DNA from: Fibrobacteria bacterium
GTDB taxonomy: Bacteria > Fibrobacterota > Fibrobacteria > UBA11236
DNA: 15,523 nucleotides
Assembly (NCBI GenBank): GCA_041746255.1
Contig: JBGTHM010000055.1
Location: forward strand, 1 to 15,523
Direction: 5' to 3'
Each line of letters opens with the position of its first letter. Position 1 is the first letter of the stretch. Of this stretch, positions 1 through 6,226 are shown piece by piece. Made by a program: the position numbers and the translations under genes. The notes beneath the pieces were generated by a model. It did no database searches, was not told the origin of the DNA, and saw only the letters and a list, made by a program, of their open reading frames with translations.

Positions 1-2
1 CC

Positions 3-506
3 AACAAACCGGTTTTTTATAATAACATCCGCGAGCGTATTCCGGTAATGTTGGGATTCAATCTCCCTGCTTTTGGGCTCCTTGATCACCTTTCCTTTGA
101 GGTGGAGTGGTATGGAGCGAAATTCAAAAATGACCTCCGACAGCTGAGGGATTTATATTCACCCCTCCCTGGGTCCCAATCGAATTACTCTTACAGACCC
201 CATGTCATTTTGGCTGATTCGTCGGCACCGGTGCCTGACACCCTGAAATTGGTGCTGGAATCCAATGGAAGGGTTTATGAAAATATTCCCTGGGCGGACC
301 CCTATAAATTCGACGAATTGACCAAAGATGACTTCAAATGGTCGTTGCATGCTTCTAAGGAATTCCAGGGGCATTTCAGAGTGAGTGGCCAAGTGGCCAA
401 TGATCATTTTAGGCCTAGTGGAACCGGCACTTTGGGAACTCATTTTACGATTTTCAATAGTCCTTCGGATTGGTATTGGATGCTTAAAATTCTTTACTTT
501 TTCTGA
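3..506 (+). CDS. 3' part of a probable outer-membrane beta-barrel protein (5' end lies outside the window)
   Basis: The frame is open from position 3 (NKPVFYNNIRERIPV-MLGFNLP...), so the ATG at 48 is probably internal. It has amphipathic strand-like segments (LSFEVEWY, FKWSLHASK, FRVSGQVAND) and ends WYWMLKILYFF with a terminal Phe, resembling a BAM beta-signal. Confidence 0.7.
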   Translation, partial: NKPVFYNNIRERIPVMLGFNLPAFGLLDHLSFEVEWYGAKFKNDLRQLRDLYSPLPGSQSNYSYRPHVILADSSAPVPDTLKLVLESNGRVYENIPWADPYKFDELTKDDFKWSLHASKEFQGHFRVSGQVANDHFRPSGTGTLGTHFTIFNSPSDWYWMLKILYFF

Positions 507-515
507 AAGCGTATT

Positions 516-548
516 TTCCGCTGCTCGCTTTCGCTTGGTAGCGGGGAG
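516..548 (+). terminator. Possible GU-rich hairpin between the convergent OMP and AAA genes
   Basis: TTTCCGCTGCT pairs with GGTAGCGGGGA using several G-U pairs, just after the stop at 506. There is no clear U-tract. Confidence 0.25.
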
Positions 549-576
549 TGAACCAACAGTTGCCATAAAAAATAGG

Positions 577-1722
577 TTAAGGCGCGCTACCCAACAAAGA
601 CTGAACCGTGATCCCCGAACCGATTGGATAGGATTCCGTGCCGGGATAAATGAGGTAGGCGGCTTCAGCCCCCATATCCTGCATCGCCGAATAAAGCCCC
701 CTGTCCGGCTTAGGTGCAAGCGAATACTTCATTTCGTATAGGATGGGCTTGCTGTCCGGACGGATTTCAACCAAATCCACTTCCGCGCCCGCAGCGGTTC
801 GATAGAAGTAGAAACGTGAGAAGGGCGGCGCCCGGCGAATGATTTGTTCGACGGCGAATCCTTCCCATGAGGATCCCAGATTCGGGTTATCCTGCAGGGC
901 GTCAAAGCTGAGAATGTCCAATGCGTAATGAAACAATCCCGAATCGCGAAAGTAGACCTTCGGCGACTTCACCAGGCGTTTCTTGATATTCGGAGAATAA
1001 GGCTGAAGCACTCGCATCAAGAAAGTGTTTTCCAGGATATCAAGGTAATGTCTACTGGTCGGCCCGGATATGTCCATGCTTTGCGCGATTTTTTGGCTAT
1101 TCCAAAGCTGTCCGTGGAAATGGGCCGCCATTTGCCAAAAACGACGCAGCATGGGCGCCGGGATACGGATGCCTAATTGGGGCAAGTCCCGTTCCAAAAA
1201 AGTCTGAATAAAAGCGGATCGCCACCTGAAGCTCGCCGTTTCATCGGCGGATAGGTAACTGAGCGGATACCCACCGCGAAGCCAAAGTTTTTCCATACCG
1301 GCGACGCCTCCGCCGACTTCTTCCATCAAAAGAGGATTCAGTTCCAGGTAGTCGATACGACCCGCCAGCGATTCCGAGCTTTGTTTCATTAATTCGGGAG
1401 AGGATGATCCCAGAATGAGGAATTGATATCCCCCTTGATCCACCAAGTATCGTAGTAATGGAAACAATTCCGGCTTCCGTTGAATCTCATCTATCAGGAC
1501 AAGTTTGCCCCGCTGTTTTTCCAGGTAAAGGTGGGGGTCGGAAAGCCGGTTGAGGTCTTGGGGATTTTCCAGGTCGAGGTGCACGTAATTATCGGCATAA
1601 GATTCTTCTACCAGGCTTTTGGCGAGCGTAGTTTTTCCGACCTGCCTGGAACCGACTATGGCGCAAACCGGAAATTGGCTGAGGCATTGGCAAATTTGGG
1701 AGACAATCGATCTTTCTATCAT
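577..1722 (-). CDS. AAA_14 ATPase with winged-helix region, DUF4143 and C-terminal PD-(D/E)xK-like motif
   Basis: Walker A GSRQVGKT, Walker B VLIDEIQ, ILGSS, SESLAGR, RGGYP, KRLVKSPKVYFRDSGL, GSSWEGF, and C-terminal YFYRTAAGAEVDLV...YEMK. Length 381 aa is typical of the family. Confidence 0.92.
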   Translation of the reverse strand: MIERSIVSQICQCLSQFPVCAIVGSRQVGKTTLAKSLVEESYADNYVHLDLENPQDLNRLSDPHLYLEKQRGKLVLIDEIQRKPELFPLLRYLVDQGGYQFLILGSSSPELMKQSSESLAGRIDYLELNPLLMEEVGGGVAGMEKLWLRGGYPLSYLSADETASFRWRSAFIQTFLERDLPQLGIRIPAPMLRRFWQMAAHFHGQLWNSQKIAQSMDISGPTSRHYLDILENTFLMRVLQPYSPNIKKRLVKSPKVYFRDSGLFHYALDILSFDALQDNPNLGSSWEGFAVEQIIRRAPPFSRFYFYRTAAGAEVDLVEIRPDSKPILYEMKYSLAPKPDRGLYSAMQDMGAEAAYLIYPGTESYPIGSGITVQSLLGSAP

Positions 1723-1732
1723 TTTCTTTTTT

Positions 1733-1771
1733 ACCTTGTAATATTAAAGGTAGTCTTTATTATTACAAGGT
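1733..1771. promoter_or_regulatory. 17-bp inverted repeat (operator-like) overlapping sigma70-like -35/-10 pairs on both strands
   Basis: ACCTTGTAATATTAAAG-gtagt-CTTTATTATTACAAGGT, 16 of 17 pairs. Plus strand: TTGTAA (1736-1741)-N16-TATTAT (1758-1763). Minus strand: TTGTAA (1768-1763)-N16-TAATAT (1746-1741). It ends 10 nt upstream of the AAA start codon. Confidence 0.7.
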
Positions 1772-1772
1772 T

Positions 1773-1812
1773 ATGTGAAAAATTCACCTTTTCACATAAA
1801 AAGGGTGAATTT
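1773..1812. repeat. Two overlapping, mutually exclusive inverted repeats
   Basis: ATGTGAAAA (1773-1781)/TTTTCACAT (1789-1797), and AAATTCACC (1780-1788)/GGTGAATTT (1804-1812). Confidence 0.5.
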
Positions 1813-1968
1813 GTGGCGATTTTTCCCTTTAATCCCTATTTCGGGGTAAAAAACCAAAAACCCGACCCCCTCAAATAAGCTATTTTCCTCCCTTAAGCCC
1901 GGGAACACCGGAGCCACGAGGCCCGGCCTCCACCATTTCCTTCCTCCAGGATAATCGGGGAAAAACCC

Positions 1969-3852
1969 ATGGAAATTTCCACCCGCATAGCCAGCGACAT
2001 CACCCTCTACAGCAAATACGCCCGCTATCTCCCATCGGCGGGTCGGCGCGAAACCTGGGAGGAAATCGTAGACCGCTACGAGTCCATGCTGGCGGCCCGC
2101 TATCCCACCGTGCGCGAACCGCTCCGCCAAGCCGCCGCTTTGGTGCGCGAGAAGAAGATTCTGCCCTCCATGCGCGCCTTGCAATTCGCCGGTAAGGCCA
2201 TCGAAGTGAGCCATAGCCGCATTTACAATTGCAGCTATATGGCTGCGTCTTATCCCCGCTTTTTCGCCGAACTCATGTATTTGCTGTTGGGCGGCACCGG
2301 CGTAGGTTTTTCCGTGCAGGCGCGCCATACATCCGCTCTCCCTGCCATACAAAAACCCGCCGGAGAGCGACCCTATCTCATCGGCGATTCCATCGCCGGC
2401 TGGGCCGATGCCGTCGATGCCCTGATGCAGGCCTTTCTGACCGGCGCTCCGCTTCCGCGCTTCGACTACTCCGCCATCCGGCCCCTGGGCGCGCGCCTGG
2501 AAACCGCCGGCGGCAAGGCTCCCGGCCCGGGCCCGCTCCGTTTATGCCTCGACAAAATCCTTTTTCTCCTGGAAAAGACGCCTAGCGGCAGCCGCCTCAC
2601 GCCTATCCAGGTTTGCGACATCGCCTGCCTTATCGCCGACGCGGTTTTGTCGGGAGGCATACGGCGCGCGGCCATGATTTGCCTCTTCGATATTACCGAT
2701 GCGGCCATGTTGACCTATAAACAGGATTCCTGGTGGGAGACCCAGCCGCAAAGGGCACGTGTCAATGTCAGCGCAGTCGCGTTTCGCGAGGACGTGCGCG
2801 ACGACGGGGGAGAGTTCCTCGCCCACGCCACTTCTGAATCGGAATTTCGGGCCTTCTGGAAATCCGCCGAAGAGAGCCGGAGCGGAGAGCCGGGCATTTA
2901 TTGGAGCAATCATCCCGACTGGGGAACCAACCCTTGCGCTGAAATCGGTTTGCGGCATCGGCAATTCTGTAATCTCACCACCGTGAATTTTAGTGCCGTG
3001 GCGAATCAACAAGAATTGGAAAAACGCGTGCGCGCGGCGGCCGTGTTGGGAACCTTGCAAGCGGGATTCACCGATTTCGTTTACCTGGGAAAAGAGTGGA
3101 GCGAAAATGCCCGCGCCGAGGCGCTGCTGGGCGTATCGCTGACCGGTATAGCGGATCAGGGAGATTATCGCCGCTTCGATTTTCGGAAGGCCGCGGCAGC
3201 CGCGCTTAGCGCCAATGCCGAAATCGCCCGCAGCATTGGAATCAATCCTGCCGCCCGGGTAACCTGTATCAAACCCGAAGGCACGGCCTCGCTGGTGCTG
3301 GGCACTTCGTCGGGAGTGCATGGGCGGCATGCGCCCTATTACCTGCGGCGCTTCCGGTTTAAAATCACCGAACCCATCGCGGAATATTTCATGCGGCGAC
3401 TTCCGAACCTCGTGGAAAAAGACCGGTTCGATCCCGAAGGCGTCATCCTGGAGCTCCCGCAGCAAAGCCCTTCCGGAGCCATCCTGCGCAGCGAGCGCGC
3501 TCTGGATTTGCTGGAGCGCGTGAAATATTTTCGCAGCCATTGGGTGGAGCCGGGCCATCGCACCGGCCTCAACATGCACAATGTCTCGTGTACCGTGAGC
3601 GTGCGCGACGACGAATGGCGCGAAGTGGGTGATTGGATGTGGCAAAACCGGGCTTTTTATAACGGCATCGCCGTGCTTCCCTTCGAAGGCGGTTCTTATG
3701 TGCAGGCGCCCTTCGAGGAAATCGACGCGGACCGTTTTTCGGAATTGCGGGAACGGGTGCAAACCATCGATTTGTCCGAGGTGATGGCGGACCAGGAAGA
3801 GCCTAATCGTATTGACCAAATCGCTTGCGGAGGCAATGAATGCGAAATTTAA
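1969..3852 (+). CDS. nrdJ: Class II adenosylcobalamin-dependent ribonucleotide reductase, monomeric RTPR (NrdJm) type
   Basis: YSKYARY..RRETWEE, LPSMR, IYNCSY (redox Cys), GTGVGFS, SGGIRRAAMI, GEPG, TNPCAEI (radical Cys/Glu, 2926-2946), QFCNL (second redox Cys), TCIKPEGT, and C-terminal CGGNEC like the CEGGAC tail of L. leichmannii RTPR. No ATP cone, no C-terminal Tyr-Tyr pair, and no adjacent beta-subunit gene. Confidence 0.93.
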   Translation: MEISTRIASDITLYSKYARYLPSAGRRETWEEIVDRYESMLAARYPTVREPLRQAAALVREKKILPSMRALQFAGKAIEVSHSRIYNCSYMAASYPRFFAELMYLLLGGTGVGFSVQARHTSALPAIQKPAGERPYLIGDSIAGWADAVDALMQAFLTGAPLPRFDYSAIRPLGARLETAGGKAPGPGPLRLCLDKILFLLEKTPSGSRLTPIQVCDIACLIADAVLSGGIRRAAMICLFDITDAAMLTYKQDSWWETQPQRARVNVSAVAFREDVRDDGGEFLAHATSESEFRAFWKSAEESRSGEPGIYWSNHPDWGTNPCAEIGLRHRQFCNLTTVNFSAVANQQELEKRVRAAAVLGTLQAGFTDFVYLGKEWSENARAEALLGVSLTGIADQGDYRRFDFRKAAAAALSANAEIARSIGINPAARVTCIKPEGTASLVLGTSSGVHGRHAPYYLRRFRFKITEPIAEYFMRRLPNLVEKDRFDPEGVILELPQQSPSGAILRSERALDLLERVKYFRSHWVEPGHRTGLNMHNVSCTVSVRDDEWREVGDWMWQNRAFYNGIAVLPFEGGSYVQAPFEEIDADRFSELRERVQTIDLSEVMADQEEPNRIDQIACGGNECEI

Positions 3853-3995
3853 GCGTAAATATGAAAGGCGCGGCTTCGGAGGCATCCGGGTGTCCCTGAT
3901 TCCGGGTCAATACTTGAATCTCCCGCGATAGAGTGCATTTTTACCCCACCGCACGGAGAAATCTCCGGGAGGACATTTCAGCGAAAGGCCTTTCC

Positions 3996-5117
3996 GTGGC
4001 GAAACTTGTAGGCATTTTGACCAGTGGGGGCGATTGCCCGGGACTGAATGCCGCCATCCGTGGCGTAGTGCGCGCGGGTCAGGATTCCTTCGGAATCCAA
4101 TTTATTGGTTTTCGTGACGGATTTCGCGGATTGGTTCAGGACCGTACCCTGCCCTTGGACAGCGGGCACCTTTCCGGCATACTCACCGATGGCGGCACCA
4201 TTTTAGGGACCAGCCGCGATAAGCCCCATAAAATGCCCATGGGCGGCAAGGTGCTCGATATGACCGATGCCGCGGTGGAAGTCTATCGGCGTCACCACCT
4301 CGACGCCCTGGTGTGTATAGGCGGCGGAGGTACGCAGAAAAACGCCGCACGTTTGATGGAAAAAGGCCTGAATATCATCACCTTGCCCAAGACTATCGAT
4401 AACGACGTGGCCGGCACCGATATGACTTTCGGCTTCGACACCGCCCTGGGCATAGCCACCGAAGCCATAGACCGATTGCATACCACGGCCACCAGCCACC
4501 ACCGCATCATCGTGGTGGAAATCATGGGGCATCGCGCGGGCTGGCTGGCGCTGGGAGCGGGCTTGGCGGGCGGCGCCGACATGATTTTGATTCCCGAAAT
4601 CCCCTACAACCTGACCAAGGCCGCCGCGACCATCATCGCGCGTAAACAGGCCGGCAAACGTTTCAGTATCGTGGCCGTGGCCGAAGGCGCGAAGTCGAAA
4701 GAAGTCGCGAAGGAAATCGAGGCTTTGGCGCGGAAGAAAAAGGAAGCCAAAACCAAAAAAGAGAAAAACGAATTCGCGGAAAAGCTGGATGCTTTCCATC
4801 ATGCGCATGTGGATCATACCGTGCGTCTGACCAAGCAATTGGAGGAGTTGACGGGTATGGAGTCGCGCTTGACCATTCTCGGACACTTACAGCGCGGCGG
4901 CACGCCGTCGCCCGCGGATAGAAACCTGGCCACCTGGCTGGGAACGGTTTGCGCCGAGTTGCTGAACAAAGGCAAATTCGGCGTGATGGTGGCGCTGCGA
5001 GGCGATCAGGTGGTTCCGGTTCCGCTTTCCGAAACTGCGGGATCGTTGAAGTTGGTGCCTTTGGATCATGCCTGGCTGCGTTCCGCGCGGCTATTGGGCG
5101 TTACCTTGGGGGATTGA
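3996..5117 (+). CDS. pfkA: 6-phosphofructokinase, PfkA family (group III-like)
   Basis: [68 protein letters not shown]. The start is placed at GTG 3996 ([13 protein letters not shown]) because family similarity begins there. The track start at 3933 adds unrelated residues. Confidence 0.93.
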   Translation: MAKLVGILTSGGDCPGLNAAIRGVVRAGQDSFGIQFIGFRDGFRGLVQDRTLPLDSGHLSGILTDGGTILGTSRDKPHKMPMGGKVLDMTDAAVEVYRRHHLDALVCIGGGGTQKNAARLMEKGLNIITLPKTIDNDVAGTDMTFGFDTALGIATEAIDRLHTTATSHHRIIVVEIMGHRAGWLALGAGLAGGADMILIPEIPYNLTKAAATIIARKQAGKRFSIVAVAEGAKSKEVAKEIEALARKKKEAKTKKEKNEFAEKLDAFHHAHVDHTVRLTKQLEELTGMESRLTILGHLQRGGTPSPADRNLATWLGTVCAELLNKGKFGVMVALRGDQVVPVPLSETAGSLKLVPLDHAWLRSARLLGVTLGD

Positions 5118-5120
5118 AGG

Positions 5121-6206
5121 ATGCATGGATTTCGATTTTTACTGCTTGCGATTTCAACCGTGTCCGCCGCGCTGGCCGCGCGAATCGAGGTTCACACTTC
5201 CGAAGCCTTGATGAGCGCCATGCAAAAGGCCAAGGCGGGAGACACCCTCATGGTCTATCCCGGCACCTATACCGGTGATTTGGATGCAAGCGGAGACCCG
5301 GGCAATTTACCGAATGGCAAAGGCTATTTCTGGATTGGGCAAAACGGTACCGCCGCCAACCCCATCGTCGTGGTGGGAGTCGATTCCATGCAGCCGCCCG
5401 TGCTGAAAGGAAAATCCATCGATACCGGCTATGTGGTGCATTTGACGGGTAACCATATCATTTTGAAAAACCTGGTGATCACTTTTGGCGAAAAAGGAGT
5501 CATCCTGGATAATTCCTCGCATACGCTGATTGAAGATTGCGAGGTTTATAATATCGGTTCCGAACTTATACATGTCCGGCATGCCAGCAACCACGTCACT
5601 ATCAATCGCAATAAACTCCACGGATCGGGAAACAGCGGCAAGAACGGGGGCAGAGGCACTTTCGGAGAGGGAGTGTATATCGGAACCGATCAGGCCCGCT
5701 GGGGCGCCAAGGATCGCCCGCAATCCGAATGGGGAGAGAAGGCCATTTCCGAAGGCTACGGGGGTTACGATTGGCGCGTCCATCACACGCGGGTTTTATG
5801 CAACTTCTTCAGCGGCGGTATCTCCGCGGAGTTGTTGGACGTGAAGGAGGGAGCGCAGCACACCCTGGTGAAAGGGAATATGTTGGTGGGGGATTCCATC
5901 GGTCTTAAGCCCGGAGCCCGGGATTATGACGATTCTTTTATCGACCAGAAAGGCGTGAAAGGAACCTTTGTGGACAATGCTTTTTGCGCATGCGGAAATA
6001 AGATTACGAGATTTATTGTCGAGGAGCCGCGTTCCAAATTTCCGCACATTCCCGACAGCCTGACCGCGGACAAATCCACTAGGGTTTGGTGCGACGATAG
6101 CGGAAAAGACCAGAACGATTGCAGCGCCGACAAAAATTCCATCGTTTCCGTCGTCACGGATCCGAGGCCTGGATGCGCGGAATTTTTCATCTTCGCGGAG
6201 AAGTAG
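5121..6206 (+). CDS. Secreted right-handed beta-helix protein, probable PL31-family polysaccharide lyase (alginate/glucuronan-lyase-like)
   Basis: Signal peptide MHGFRFLLLAISTVSAALAA. Beta-helix cap AMQKAKAGDTLMVYPGTY. Motifs KGVILD, EVYNIGSELIHVR, FGEGVYIG, AELLDVKEG and DSFIDQKG resemble, from memory, the Paenibacillus PL31 alginate lyase, whose catalytic residues are Tyr and Lys. Confidence 0.7.
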   Translation: MHGFRFLLLAISTVSAALAARIEVHTSEALMSAMQKAKAGDTLMVYPGTYTGDLDASGDPGNLPNGKGYFWIGQNGTAANPIVVVGVDSMQPPVLKGKSIDTGYVVHLTGNHIILKNLVITFGEKGVILDNSSHTLIEDCEVYNIGSELIHVRHASNHVTINRNKLHGSGNSGKNGGRGTFGEGVYIGTDQARWGAKDRPQSEWGEKAISEGYGGYDWRVHHTRVLCNFFSGGISAELLDVKEGAQHTLVKGNMLVGDSIGLKPGARDYDDSFIDQKGVKGTFVDNAFCACGNKITRFIVEEPRSKFPHIPDSLTADKSTRVWCDDSGKDQNDCSADKNSIVSVVTDPRPGCAEFFIFAEK

Positions 6207-6226
6207 CGGGGGATAGGGCCGCTCGG

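Noticed and set aside
159..741. ORFs 159-719 (-) and 385-741 (+)
   Set aside because: They overlap two better-supported genes, have Arg-rich unnatural composition and show no family motifs.
1774..1796. CRP-like TGTGA...TCACA site
   Set aside because: The spacer is 13 nt (or 5 nt to TCACC), not the required 6.
1860..1968. Cobalamin riboswitch or NrdR box upstream of nrdJ (GGGAACACCGG...GCCACG looks faintly B12-element-like)
   Set aside because: The core B12-box elements (GCCACTG...GGGAAG, AGYCAGRAGACC) and the NrdR consensus acaCwAtATaTwGtgt are not present. An Infernal scan would settle it.
577..3852. Prophage or IS element explaining the AAA and nrdJ genes
   Set aside because: No integrase, transposase, structural genes, att-like direct repeats or terminal inverted repeats are visible.
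1969..3852. Intein or intron in the RNR
   Set aside because: The frame is continuous and compact, with no intein-sized insertion or homing endonuclease motifs.
2542..3885. 447-aa minus-strand ORF antisense to nrdJ
   Set aside because: It overlaps a clear RNR gene almost entirely and has no recognisable motifs. Long antisense shadow ORFs are expected from GC-rich codon bias. The same applies to 4203-4886, 8554-9117, 11248-12132 and 12175-12759.
3933..3995. N-terminal extension of PfkA
   Set aside because: Family similarity begins at GTG 3996.
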